Assembly: GCF_001194135.2 (NCBI RefSeq)
Contig: NC_068985.1
Location: 94,679,735 to 94,743,734 of the forward strand
Direction of reading: 5' to 3'
From: Octopus bimaculoides
Lineage: Eukaryota
DNA: 64,000 bases
A program made the translations under genes and the position numbers. Positions 12,087 to 25,989 of this stretch are shown here, piece after piece (position 1 is the stretch's first letter; each line of letters starts with the position of its first letter). Under the pieces are notes generated by a model that saw only the letters and a list, made by a program, of their open reading frames with translations, did no database searches and had not been told where the DNA came from.

Positions 12087-13031
12087 ATGTAAAATACTGA
12101 AACTGAATAAACTAAGACATTTTCTCGACCTTTCATTGGTTCGATAAATCATTATGATTTTAGAAGATTAATCTTCATTTCTTTTCATTTAAAATTTATT
12201 TCCTAAAAGCAGTCAATAAGTCCTCGTATTTTACTGTCGTTATTAATGTTCTCAATTGCAATCGCTCATAATTTCTCACTAATAAAGGATATGTCTATCC
12301 TCATAAGATGATATTATTACCAGAATGTTTCATAATATATAAAGATTATAACACCTTCAATATGAAAGCAATGCCAAAGTATTTTACAACCAGTCAAAAG
12401 CTGATGTTTTTTTTATGATGACCTTTAACTTTCTAATGTACCCAGACTGCAAATAGCTGTTATGCACTTGACGCAGCTCGATGTTTAACATGAGTATACT
12501 AGTTTTGAGTTGTAACTGTATAAAACAGAATAATATACGAAGCGTATTAGTGAACGATCTGGTTTCAAACTAAATGGCCCTAAAAGGAAAAAAAAAACTT
12601 CATAACATAAGCTATGAAACAGAATTGTTAAGAGCTCCTAATACAATAAACATTTCTCTGTTGCTATTAGATTTGAAGTTCTTTATTTTCACAGGAGATA
12701 GTTTTACTGGTTGTAAATGGTTTTAGATTTATTTCAGTGAGTATGTAAGCCGTTTTATCCTCCGGGATTTTCAAATCAAGTGGACGTTGCCATGCATCAC
12801 AAGACGAAAAGTGACCAGTAGATCTCTTAAATTTCAGATCTTGTATAAATAGTCGATTAAGATAAAAATATATATATATATTCACTCATTTACAACTATA
12901 GTGCTGACATTTTTCTGGACTCGTTTACAACATCACAATCACAAAGTTATATAACCAAACAGAAATATTCTCGGTAGATATAAAGACCTATGATAAATAC
13001 ACAAACATGAATGCATATGCACACTTCTGAG

Positions 13032-13078
<47 letters not shown>

Positions 13079-14680
13079 TGTGTGTGTGTGTGTGTAGCTG
13101 TGTATATATAGATATAGATAGATAGAAAATTCTCTTAAGATTAAACAAGGAAAGCTGCTATAAATGTTTTGTTTTTTGTGAATGTGCTTTATTGATGAGG
13201 ATGTTATACTTTGCTCTTTCACGCCATTTTAAGCATACATAGGATTCTACTAAGTGCATCTCTCAAAGGCAAAACCTGTCTCGCTAACATAAAAGATTAT
13301 GTAATACATTAATGTTTCAATCGTTTACTTGTTTAATGGCAGAAACAGTTTATATTCTTTCTGGATTTAACTTTCAAAATCTCTAACCGCATGACATGGC
13401 ATGACCTGCTGCAGAGTTGATTTACTGACTACGTTTAGGAAAATATTACAGTTTTACTCTAAACACCCAGAGAGCATTCGATTTTTCTGCAGCAGTAGCT
13501 GTAGATGGATATTCAATAGTTTGAGCATGTAATGTGGAATTTATTCTTTCGTTCTCACTATTCAACACTGGACAGCCATATAATGGACAGAGAAGCCAAT
13601 TCCTTGAACGCTTTCTCAAACTACATTTATTTACAGATCATGCTGTTGATTTTAAAGTGAATTACTGCTGTTTCTGAAGACAATTCAAAACAGTATTCAA
13701 CAGTGTTATATACATTCTTTTGGGTAGGAAAGACATTCAATATGTAGATTCTGCTATTTATTTAATATAAATTTGCCTCTAACTTTATAGAAAATTGACA
13801 GAATAACCAAACGAAAAATAAGCTAACAACTAAAATGTAAATGGCGAAATATACACTGAATGGTGAAGATATGTTATAATATTTATGTAGTTTTCTCCTG
13901 TCGAGGTGGAGAGAATAAATGTGCATTGAAAATATTTAATACAATGACTAATGTGTGTGAAAGTAAGTTACAAAATAACTGCCAAGGTTTGAATATATAC
14001 AATGGTTTTATGAAGAACTGAAGATTGGAGAAAAACACAGTAGCATATGTTTTAGGAAAATCTACTTCATATATCTTGATTATCGTGAAAGCATATTACC
14101 TTCAGCGTCACATTCAGATCTTAATTTCTTGGATTTGGACGAATTCATTTGAGGCATATGAAAGCTATATGACAGTAAATATCTCTATTGTAGCATAAGT
14201 CGGTGAACTAGTTGAGTTGTTTGAGCGTTTGAAAGAGCCTCTGGCAGTATATGCTCCCACTTACTGTACTCTAAGATCAAGTCCCACCGAGGTAAACTTT
14301 GCTGTTTATTACTTCGAAGTTAAAAAAAAAATTCTCAATCCAGAGCGGAGGTTTGACGTAATTATTAGATCGTCAGACAGGATATTGTATATTGTCTGTT
14401 TCAATCCTGAACAAATTTTGTCTGAGTTCAAGTCCCACCTCGCCACCCTAAATTCAGTGACAATTCTGTAAGAAGTTGTGACTGAGAGACTGTATGGTCC
14501 ATTTACAAGGGAAAAACAAAATTTACTTACTATGGACTAGATCCAAAGACAGACTGCTCTACCAACACCACTAGACTTATATACATTTGCACTTAGATTA
14601 CGAAGGGTAAACATGAATTATTTTCAAGGAAATAATTCCAACTTTAGTAGGTAACCAGAGAAAAGCATGAATTCATTTAC

Positions 14681-14740
14681 CTCGGATTATCTCATACAGA
14701 TTAATAGGAATGAAATGATGCCATTCATTATTACGTAAGA
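14681..14740 (-). CDS. Candidate 60-nt exon (V-LRNNEWHHFIPINLYEIIR)
   Basis: Branch-like tgctaat, acceptor catttctag, donor GAG|GTAAAT. Only the phase 1-1 frame is open, which is the frame both neighbours require. Confidence 0.5.
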
Positions 14741-14798
14741 CTAGAAATGTTTAAATCTTCGTAATGAATTAGCAGAAAAAGACTTTATATATATATAT

Positions 14799-14837
<39 letters not shown>

Positions 14838-15802
14838 CCATATTCCTTGATCGAAAACTCAAACTTCTAATACTGCAAAGTATTATCTCCCTTACTCTAA
14901 ACAGGTCGTCATGGCACGACACCAGGGCACGAAACAATATTAGATTTCGTTGTTAATTTTCAATTTTTATATTTTTTTATTCTTAGTCTTTACTGCGGAC
15001 CTCTTGTGAATTATGTTCTTTTGCGAGTATAAACCGGTACCGTGGAGCTCACGGACAAAATGCTCCATTAGTAAATGTAGAATCACGGTCTTATGAAACA
15101 GCTAATTATATTCCTCTGTAGATATTTTGAGATATACGACGAATGGATACAAAGTGAATGATACCAAGTACTGATTATCTGAGCATCTACATTTATTACT
15201 GGTGGTTTTATAAAGAGAATTTGTTAAACAAGTTAGAGTTAAGAAGTATAGAGATGAATAAGTTTCTTTGACCAATCTTTTCTTTTGTTATGCGTACAGG
15301 CCGGGTTTTAGTTCTCTTCAATTCGCATTGTATGGGTATGATTGTTCAAGTTTGTCATAGAATGGTTAATACTCCCTTTTAGTCTTGGAGCTGTTTATTT
15401 ATGCGGAATGAATCGATATTAAGAATGAAATATTTTATGAAATGTTTCGAGGAAATCTAATCAAGTCTGTTTTCCTCGTTTTTCTAATTTCTTTAAGGTA
15501 TACTTGCCAAGTAAATTCTTTGATCTAAGACTGTGTGCTGAAATGAAAACAATTATAGAGTTGAAGACAAATGTTAATCATTCAAAATAACATAAAAACT
15601 GTTAACTTTAATTAAGCATTTATAATTTGTTGCGGCAAAATTTTCACGCTAAATAATAAATGTTTAAATGCGGTTAACAATATCTGCACCTTTGAGTGGC
15701 TAATATATTTTTCCACGTCCTAATTATATTTATTTCAACAGCCTCATATCAACGTATCAGCTGACAAGTACATCTTCGATATATATATATATATATATAT
15801 AT

Positions 15803-15837
<35 letters not shown>

Positions 15838-15869
15838 AACGAATATGTTTTTGAACGTTTAATGTTTCA

Positions 15870-16680
15870 TCCACTCTGAAATTGTCCAAATAATTTCTCT
15901 CACCAAAATTTGTACTTTTACGGACATGTATTATTTTCAGAATCCTTTCTCTTCTCATCCAATCACGTTACTTTTCGATATTGTAAAGNNNNNNNNNNGG
16001 GGGGGGGGGGTTCTGGTTTTTGGCAATATTTCTTCATTTACTTTTTCACAGATATTCAGTTTTTGAGTGTCATTTCCATATCAGTTCACTAATTGCTGCC
16101 GTTGAATATAATTTGGTATCAGTCAGGTCTTCAACCAGAAATTGGTCACATTTTCTTTGAATTGAGGAAATTCCAAGTTACTAGCAGTTGATTATAAGTT
16201 GGTAAATATTTTGCTTTGTTCGTGTTAGGATATTTCTCTTCCGGAGCATTATGGTTAACTTAATCTAATGCACTCGATTATTTTCTTCAATATTCCATCC
16301 CGATATTCTTGAATTACCCTGGAATTACCCTCGATGTCCGTGTAGCCTCTGGTGCTATAATATATTTTATTAATATCCATGTAAAATCCTTATGGTATTT
16401 CAATCCAAATACTTTAATGCCATGGAAAAAGCGGTGATGACATTTGAAGCATCTTATCCTGCCTCGTTTCGCAGATACGATTCATTTAATCTTTTCTCTT
16501 GCTTCCAGTGTGCGTTTTTCTCTTATAGATCCTATACATTTTAAAGAATTGATTGGTTCCTTTAATTTATTTTTCATGATGGATCCTTCTTTCTTTATTT
16601 TCCTAAGTAAAGATAGGATCGTCAATTTGTTGTCCTTTTTAGAATTCTCTGTGGTATATTTCCTTTCCACTCTTTAATTA
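15870..16680 (-). mobile_element. Heavily decayed RT-proximal region of an R4/Dong-like LINE
   Basis: Fragmentary motifs VTNFWLK and TCP*KYKF resemble RT N-terminal motifs; many stops and frameshifts. Confidence 0.35.
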
Positions 16681-19427
16681 GCTTAGCTTCGAAGGGCCCC
16701 ACACTATTTCATTCAATGCTGCTACTGTTACAAAATACATTAGATCGATCAATCTGTTTAAATTCGGCGAGTTTCTTTACCACTTGTATTTATTTGTTCT
16801 TTCGTGAAACTGTTTATTCTGTGTACAGCTTGGACTATTATATTTACGTTGTTCATCGATTATGTTATCTTGTCTTCTATTTCCAATATGTGTTTCTATG
16901 AGGTGCCACTCAACCTTAGCTCTCATTGATCTGTTGTGATGTGTTCTTATTTTGTTTGTAGTTAAATGTTGTATCGAAGATATATATTTTTTGTAGTTTT
17001 GTATTTGTCAGAATATCTCCATGGAAAATTCTATTATTTACATCATTTTAGATTCTAACAATTTTTTTTTCTCTGTTTTTAATTAGCTTCAATGATTTGT
17101 TTGGTTCTCGTGTTGTGGGATCTGGAGTGTTTTACGAAAACATTCAGTGTTTGCGTTGCCACCTTCTTGTATTACCGACTCTCTCTCTCCCACTTCTCCC
17201 TGTCCTTTTTTCTCCCTCTCTCTCTTTCTTTCTGTATTTCTCTCTCTCTCTCTCTTACTCTCTCTCTCTCTTACTCTCTCTCTCTCTCTCTCTCTCTCGC
17301 ACGGGGTCGTGTTTTCTCTTAAAGGATTTTGTTTCAAAGCTTTCGTTGGTTTCTAATATGTTATGTTTTTGTATGTAGTCATTCACATTGTGCGATTTTC
17401 AGTATGCATTATTTTATTGTTATTGTCGTTCATTATTATTATTATTATTATTGAGAGATACAGCTGTACATGCCACCATAGTGGCACTGAGGTACATATA
17501 TACAAAGCCCAATATATCCATCACGACTACTCGTCTGATAAAAGTACACCAAGCAGACGTCTCACAGCCACTGCTTCCCTTTTGCTTGGCAGACAGTGAG
17601 AGAATTATTTAAAATTGTTTTTGTTGAATAAAAAGCCGCAATAATTATGCACCAACCCAATATATATACATATATATANNNNNNNNNNNNNNNNNNNNNN
17701 NNNNNNNNNNNNNNNNNNNNNNNNNNNNNNNNNNNNNNNNNNNNNNNNNNNNNNNNNNNNNNNNNNNNNNNNNNNNNNNNNNNNNNNNNNNNNNNNNNNN
17801 NNNNNNNNNNNNNNNNNNNNNNNNNNNNNNNNNNTTTACTAAGTTACCCCTACTCTGTCCGTGTTGATTGATCTAACTGCATAGTAATATGTTGGTCCTG
17901 AATGGAGATATAGTACTTAAGTATTTAAGATGTATTTCCGAAAACGATCGATCGGTGATTATATTTTCCATTCAGCGTATTTTGGTTAATTATTTTCGTA
18001 AGATTTATTCTTATTCCTGCATTATTTAATCACAGTGTTTCTCGTTTCTTTTTCTTTTAATGAATTGTTCTTAATTTCCCTTATTTATTCACCTGTCTGA
18101 ATATTATTTTTTTTCTGTACGCAGTTTTCTATTGCCATGTTCTGTGAGTGTTCTAATTTTTCCTCATGTTTTTCGGATTTATTTTTGATATTTTTTTTTA
18201 AAGCTTTCCTTCAATTCTTGGTCTGTGTTAATTGCTTCCCTTGTTACGCATTTTTTTAGTTACAATCTAAAATTCTTATATTTTCTATTTATCTTTGGTT
18301 ATCTTGCTTTGGCTATCTTATGTCATCATCATTTTCCTATGTAAGCTAGTTATTAATTATAATGTGCAAATCCTTTTCTTTCGTATTCTGACCTTTGTTC
18401 TTCGATTTTGCTAAATTCCTAATTCTTCACCATTGTATATTTTATAGCTTTGCCAGGATTGTTTTTTATGATTTTTCATTCTACGCATTTGGTAATACAA
18501 CCGATTTCTTTTATTTCTAATATCTTCATCTATCGTTATATAATCCTTTGTTTATCTTCGTTGACAACAGATACGTTTATCTAATTGCTGGGTATCGTTA
18601 TGCTCTTTCAAGTTCGTTCTGTTTATCATTCTCTTTTGTTATATCATGCTGTTGTCATCGTTTTTCATCCTTGATATTTCCTTATCCATACGTTGCGTTC
18701 TCTTGTTTTATACTTTATATTTGTTAATATTATTATGTTTGTATCAAGGATTATATTCCCGGCTGTTTAAATTTATTGCTTATTGAGTATTTATATTTTT
18801 GCTATATACAAAGATTTACATCTGTGATTACGTTCTTAGTTATACCTCTATGTTTGTAATCCTGGTTCATCATGTTAGCTTCTATTTTTGAGATTCCATA
18901 TTTAAATTTCTTCACAACCCATTTTTCCATTTTTCTTTATTGTATATGGTAACAATTTTGCTATTGTCATTGTTCATCATTAAAAGCTGCAAAGTTGCTT
19001 TTGCGTGTCTTCTGTCGTTATGCTCGTATTTCCTAGTATTTCATTGCCTTCTAGCTCGGCTATCTTTCAAATTGATAGTTCATTTCTTTACGTTATCTTC
19101 CTGTACAATCTACGGTTTTTTTGGCATCTTTACACACACACACATACACACACACACACACACACACANNNNNNNNNNNNNNNNNNNNNNNNNNNNNNNN
19201 NNNNNNNNNNNNNNNNNNNNNNNNNNNNNNNNNNNNNNNNNNNNNNNNNNNNNNNNNNNNNNNNNNNNNNNNNNNNNNNNNNNNNNNNNNNNNNNNNNNN
19301 NNNNNNNNNNNNNNNNNNNNNNNNNNNNNNNNNNNNNNNNNNNNNNNNNNNNNNNNNNNNNNNNNNNNNNNNNNNNNNNNNNNNNNNNNNNNNNNNNNNN
19401 NNNNNNNNNNNNNNNNNATATATATAT

Positions 19428-19471
<44 letters not shown>

Positions 19472-19754
19472 TACTATATCGCAGGCATATTCCTCATTCA
19501 GTATTCATGTCTTCAACTTTTGTTTTATAGTCGTCTCTTATTTGTTTACATTTCTAGTAGCCCATCATTTTTTCTGCTATCGTTAGTTATTTATCTTTGG
19601 TAATATAACATGTTATTCAAAAGTGGTCAGTGACCTCAAATACTTTAGGTCCTATATCTACAGATATTGAATAAGACTTCCTGCAACAAACTTCAAGACA
19701 TTTCCAAAGCCAGTGAAGCATTTCAAAATTAACAAGACCGAATTTTTTCAAGGC

Positions 19755-20115
19755 ATTATTATCATTATTATTATTATTATGGCCACAAAGTCCACCTGGC
19801 ATACTTCTCGGTCCATCATCATTGCCTCGAGGAGTCCTGGATACATTCCAGGCCAGTGTTTGTAAGCAGGTTGTCAACGTAAGTGTGACGACATCTTTCT
19901 CTTCTTATGTCACCACGAAGTGGATTTCACAAGACTAATTTAGATACTTCCAGCTCAGGGTGCTGCATACTGTGACCAGATAGTCGCAGCCGTCTTTGAG
20001 TCTTTCGAGGCATGTGAAGAATGTATTATTCTTTTTGAACCCAAACATGGACCGCGGGTAAGGAACATCAAGTTCGCTTTGATGGTACGTAGCCCAAACT
20101 TTTTCTTGATGGGTC
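19755..20115 (-). mobile_element. 3' end of RTE-clade LINE with (AAT)n tail
   Basis: Minus frame RRLRLSGHSMQHPELEVSKLVL..TYVDNLLTNTGL..MMDRE; tail at 19755-19780. Confidence 0.7.
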
Positions 20116-20314
20116 AAATCATATCAGGATGTGAACACAAAGAAAAAAAACGAAAAGAAAATTTATAGATAATTCTATCCGTCTCTGCTATTTATTTTCA
20201 TCCCAGCGAAGGAGGAAAACGACTCAACTCCGTTGATGTTATTGACAAATGTAGACGAATATGAAATTCAGAAACTGTCAACGCTAATGAAAGACACTTA
20301 CCTGAATCACTTAC

Positions 20315-20343
20315 CTGAATCAACACACTTAGAATACAGCTTC
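20315..20343 (-). CDS. Candidate 29-nt exon (R-KLYSKCVDS)
   Basis: Branch-like ccttaac, long pyrimidine tract ending cttctttag, donor CAG|GTAAGT; phase 2-1 frame open. Confidence 0.5.
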
Positions 20344-20359
20344 CTAAAGAAGATGAAGT

Positions 20360-20527
20360 AGGAGGAAGAGGAGGGGCAGAAGTTAAGGCAGCAGCAGCAG
20401 TAGGAGGAGGAGGTGGAGGATGCAGAGCAGGAGTAATAGCAGTTGTAGTAGTAGTTGCAGTAGTAGTAGTTGTAGCATCAACAGCAGCAGTAATAGAAGC
20501 AACAATAGTACTAGTTGTATCACCAGC

Positions 20528-20563
<36 letters not shown>

Positions 20564-21330
20564 TCAGCACTGCTTGTATTCACGTGTGTTCCTCTTTATC
20601 AAAGACTATTTGTCATCTCGTTTCATCATTTATGCCGCTTTTCATCGTCTGCCATGTCTTATTTCCGGTTACGGCCATCGTTTTCACTCTTTATTAGAGT
20701 TGCTGTCTTTCTGTTTTGTTTTGTTTTTTTTCTCCTTTTTGCCTATTTATTCTTGGTTACATTATGAAACCTTCGTTCGTAATTCTATTCTTCTTTATTC
20801 ATTGTTATTTCATATTCTTGGATATTCAACGTTGATCAAAAGAATCCCTCCTTCATACGTTGTCAGATTCTAAATCATCATATCTGTTCGTATCTCTGGA
20901 TGTTGTTAACCATTTATTGTTCTTTTTCTCATCTTCTCCTCCTCCTTCATCTTGTTCTTCTGCTCTTTCTTTTCTCATTCTTCTTATTTTTCTTCTCCCA
21001 CTCCTTCTGCTCTCCCTCCTCCTCCTCTACTTCTATTTCTTTGTCTGCTCTTCCTCATCTTCTCCGTCCTCATTCTTCTTGTTCTTCTCCTTCCCTCTTT
21101 CTCCTCTTCTTTCCATACTTCTTGTTCTACTGCTTCTTCTCCTTTCTCTTTCTCCTCCCCTTCTTCCTCATTCTTCTCATTCTTTTCCTCCCACTGCTCC
21201 TTTTTCTTCTGCCCTTCTCCCTCCTGCCCTCCTTCCTCATTCTTGTCCTTCTTGTTCCTCTCCTTCTCCTTTGTATTTTTCGTATTCTTCTTTCTCTTTA
21301 TTGATATCCTTTGCTTTTCGGTCATTGTAT
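20360..21330. repeat. Compound (AGC/AGT)n microsatellite and (TCT/TCC)-rich low-complexity tract
   Basis: Explains the poly-S/L/E pseudo-ORFs in 20383-21392. Confidence 0.9.
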
Positions 21331-21506
21331 CCTTTCTTCTTCATATTTATTTCAATACTTCACTCTCTCTAATCTTAGCATTAAGCATGTAAATGGAAAC
21401 TTTCTTAAATTTATTCCGCATAATTTATTTGTTCTCATAATAGTTTATGGTGTCACAATTAAACCTAAAATTCTGTATTATTTTTATGCATATTTTCTAC
21501 TCTATA

Positions 21507-21706
21507 TACGAGGTGAGTAAAAGAAAAAACAGGACGATCAGTTAATTATGATTTTATTCATCATATTCCCTTTACAGATTCACACATTTATTGCAGCGGT
21601 CCTTCAGTTTTTCTAAGCCCTGTGAAAGAACTCGGAAGTTTGAACTTCCAACCAGGCCTTTCGTAACATACCTTTAAAGCCAAGAACTTTTCAACACCCC
21701 CTCGTA
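21507..21706. mobile_element. Mariner-type MITE, copy 2 (left TIR partly deleted)
   Basis: tacgagg...ccctcgta termini; same internal sequence. Confidence 0.8.
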
Positions 21707-21843
21707 TTCTTCTGGGTTTTTTTCTTTTTTTCTTTGTTCTTTTCGATATTCCTCGCATTTGATTATACTCTTGACTCTCAGCATTGGTAATTTTGCTGTT
21801 TCTTTTTATTTTGTATTTGGTTTCTGACAAAACATTTTCTCTT

Positions 21844-21869
21844 CTGATGAAGGGAAATAACCCAGAAAC
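21844..21869 (+). ncRNA. Decayed hammerhead core (stem III and cleavage site apparently deleted)
   Basis: CTGATGA-a-GGG aaataa CCC-a-GAAAC; downstream sequence is homologous to that following the 37683 hammerhead. Confidence 0.45.
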
Positions 21870-22259
21870 TGCGATACACAGATATTGTTTTGAGCTGAGT
21901 GGGGGTGCTAGATTCCCTTGTTCGAAAATATAAGGACACAGATCGTATTGTATAGCCAGCTGGAGACGATGTCTCCTGGGGCTAAATTACAGCAACATTC
22001 GTCCTAAACTAGGACTGCCATGTTATGTTGTCAAAAAATCTCTACTACAAAGTATTTTCTGCCTATGAACACCCTTCAAAATATACTCAGCCTAGTTTTT
22101 GAGTCCTGAAATTTTCGATTTTAACCCATTGAATTTAACATAACCATTTTCCATAAAGTAAAGAAATTCAATCAAAATTCGATCATTATTTACGTCTTTG
22201 ACTATCAGTTGAACATCCAAACGAAACACTCCATTTTGTTATTTTATTTTTTTTTTGCT

Positions 22260-23650
22260 TGTTTGTAAAGAAACTGTTCTTCACCTTTAGTTTCTTGCTC
22301 AAAGAGGTTGTCTGACTCAAAGGTGAGTATACTCAAAATTTCGCCTTTTCAATTTTGTTTTGTCGCTTTCCAGCCCATAAAATCAATTACCAACTTTGAA
22401 GTCGTTGCAACACCATTTCAGACAAATTGCTTTGTTGTTTGTTTTTATTTTCGTTTTACATTTTGTTTTTCCGGATTCAATATATTCAAGTAGTTGTTTT
22501 ATGATCTGTGAAAATCGTAGACGTCTTTCCAAATAAATATTTTGTCAGAAAATGTGATAGCGTTAGCTAAAGCTTTCTTTTCTTTTCTAGAATATATTTT
22601 CACATCTTTTGTCCAAATTTTTGGTACAAATACAATAGGTTCAAATACAGTTTCCAATCTGAGACTAAGAACTATCCCGAGTCCAGCTTCATGCATCCTT
22701 TGCAATAAACACTGGCAATATTTTATCAAAATCAGCTGACATAATTTTCTCAGTCAGTATTTGCTTCGATCATTTGAAAGCGTTGTTGCATTCAACCGAC
22801 CAGTTAAATTTCGATTCTGCTTTCCCAAAATACTTTTATGAGCCACAAATTGTTGGCATTTCTTCCAAACAAATGTTTGAAAGGAAATTGATTTTCTTCT
22901 CTAAAATATTTTTAATTCTTTAAAACTTTCTCGAATCATTTACATAACCAGTGTGTTACTTATGATTTTGTCATGTCTTTATATATTGTGGTTATCAATC
23001 TGTAATACATTAGCTTGCCATGAAAAAAATATTTTCCACCACTTAAAGATTAACCAATTCTTTCGTCTCCTTTTCCATAGTTATCTGCAGTTGCTCTCTG
23101 AATGGGTTCAATCACGCTTTACTCTATAAAATTTGTGCCAATAACAGTATTTCTGGGAAAAGTTTCAGCTATCATCACTCTCCTTTTGTCATGAATTCCA
23201 ATGCCAGTAATTATCTATCTTAAGTATTTCACTGCAATTTTTTTTAAATTCACATTTGTTTTCGCATGTGTAATTGTAGTCAAAATTCTCTTTTCTCTGA
23301 AACTACTGACAAATATTTCATCGGCTCTTGACTATTTTACCTCGCTACTAATATATTCTGAACTAGGCTGCAATCGTATTGAATCCATTTGTCAGCTTAA
23401 CATTTGTGATTTTGCTAGAGATAGTGATACATAAAATGGCAAATTTTTCATATGGAAAAATACTTTTGGAATATTTACCAATATTTTGTTTCATGAAATT
23501 TTCATTCACTTCATTGCAAAATCTAAAGAAATATTAAAAAGGATCTGTGACATCATAAATCTTTCTTTAACTTAAAGGTTTATTCTAAACCAGTTTATAA
23601 CAAATGCAATAATGGAGTACAGCCCAATATGTTCACTCATATGTAATTTT
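22260..23650 (-). mobile_element. Decayed Ty3/gypsy pol remnant (RT connection and RNase H)
   Basis: KFNWSVECNNAF..QILTEK, DA..AGLGIVLSL..PIVFV..YSRKEKKALA and TIFTDHK motifs across frameshifts (ORF 22499-22729). Confidence 0.75.
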
Positions 23651-25306
23651 TTATAACTGGAATGATCGTACGACAAACTGTCTCCACCAACATTTTTCAT
23701 TACTTTTCCCTGACTTAAATCAAGGAAATCAACCATGAAATGAAAATATAAAAGTTGGGTTTCTAATAAATTGTCTTACATATTTCATATGTAAATTTCT
23801 GTTCGCTGAATCCGATGTAACAACTGCTTTTTGCCCAGGATATATTTCATCTTTAATTTTTTAACAATTCAGAATTCATATGAAGTTATAAAAAGCAAAT
23901 GTAGTTTTGAGAACTTTTGTAAAATTTCCAAGGAGTTGTGATATGGTCTCTGCTTTTATTGTAGGTCTTCTATGAAAGGTGTAGGTACGGCTGTTACTTT
24001 TTACCAATATTCACAATATGAGAGTCCATGGAATCCTAAATTGCTTCGTAATATATATCTCTATCGTTTTGTTTATTAGATACTACGCACTAGAATCTAG
24101 CTTCCTCAATTTCAGAATACGTATCGTAATTAATATTCTTGTGCTAAATGACTTCACAATTGGAGATAATTAAAATCATTTGAAAGCATTATCAGCTTCT
24201 ATTTGTAATAATTAACTATAATAATTTATTGAGATTTTTTTCCCCCGCAACATCAGATGACAAATTAATTTCCATCTTTCACCAAATGGAAATAGTAATT
24301 AAAATTGTAGCAGTTCATAATATGGATAAACAGAAGGGATTATTTGTAGTAAAGTCTCCCTTGCAACGCCTCTTTTACACAGCCTAATTAGTCGTTCCAA
24401 GTGTCGGGTTTCCAAGCTAGTACATAGCATAATTACTGCTAATTACTCGCAGTAGGCTGTTTACATGTTTAGATACCAAATCTAAGAATCTGTTTGTCAG
24501 CAGCATCCATTGGAAATTATTGAGCATTAAGAGAATCTAAGTTTTATTTACTATTATCTTGAAATAAAGCAGCGAATGAAATTTATTATCTCTTAGTATC
24601 ATTGCTTGATGAGACCCCAGGATATCTGTCGATTGTGTTGTGTATTCGCATCGTCCAATTCATTTGTTTGAGCAAACCCTGTTTATAATTTTAAGGAGTA
24701 AATTCATTTCGAAGCTAATCGATTGAAGAACTGGCCATGCATTTTATGCGTGTACACACGGATTTTATTTAAACTATTCGTTTTACTGCATCTTAAATCT
24801 GTTATAAACTGTAATGTTAGATCTAAGAGAGACATCTTTTACATTAATTAAACGTTGTTTCCACGCTGAAGATGGAACAAGAATTGGTCATGGTACCACC
24901 TGTACTTTATCATAACATCAACTGAATTTATTACTTTTGTAATTGCTTGAAATTCTTTCTCGAATTCATAATTGTCTTACAATTTAGAACCGCTTATAGC
25001 ATATGTTTTTGTTTATTATATACGAGCTGAAGTACCTGGTAAAACATTACCGTTAACAAGATGTCTGTTTATAGCCATGAAACAGTTTTCGACATTTTTC
25101 AAAAATTTGAAATCTATATGAATGGGTCGGACAAATTTGACGAAAAATTGAGCAGAGTCTGGTAACGAACCCGTGTTGTCGTCTTTTTTGTGCATGTGCG
25201 TAAAATGGCGAAATTTTACGCTTTGGGGCAGATTTCGTCAAATTCATGTCACGACGGCTAGTGCGCAAAATACCTAAATTTTGCCTGAGAAATAAAATGC
25301 TCTTAC

Positions 25307-25317
25307 CTGATCAAAAT
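25307..25317 (-). CDS. Candidate 11-nt microexon ATTTTGATCAG (ILI-R)
   Basis: Acceptor catcatttcag after a ~85-nt AG-free T-rich tract, donor CAG|GTAAGA, phase 0-2. Caveat: lies between repeated blocks. Confidence 0.4.
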
Positions 25318-25989
25318 CTGAAATGATGTGGAATTAAAACAACGAATTGAAATAATAAGTTTGAGCAAATCAAAACAATTCGCATTGAAATGAAGAATTA
25401 GCAAATGCTAAATAGATTATCGTTAATAAGCTGTCTGTTTATACCCATGAAATATTTTTCGTCAAATTGATGTCACGACGGCTAGTGCGAAAAATGCCGA
25501 AATTTTACAATTTTTGAAAAATCGAAACTTATTAAAGCCGATTTAAAAAAAAAAATCCAAGTGCGTAAGTGACCGCATGAGCATAAGCCCCACACAGGTG
25601 TCAAGTTTTCATCAAGATCTGTTGGATAGTCTCGGAGGAGGAGGAGGAGTAGTAGCAGTAGCTGTTGTAGCACCAACAGCAGTAGTAGTAGTTCAGCTCT
25701 GCTTGTATTCACGTGTGTTCTTTATCAAAGACTATTTCACAAACACAAACTTGCCATTTATTATTATAGATTTAACCAATTTCAGTGTAGTTGAGAAGCC
25801 GACATGTTATGACACACTTAGAAATGCATACATAAGAAAATGCTAAAAGCAAATTTGAAAACAAAAATATAAAAGATCTAAATGCTTTTATTATTAAATT
25901 GTTTTTAGATTCTAAGAATTGGTAGTTATTCCTTCGAAATAAACCAGACTCTTAAGCTTGGCAACCTTTCTAATACCAGTATTAAAATG

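Noticed and set aside
20860-21392. E/K-rich or S/F-rich ORFs of 113-170 aa
   Set aside because: Low-complexity TC-rich tract open in many frames; no splice or domain support.
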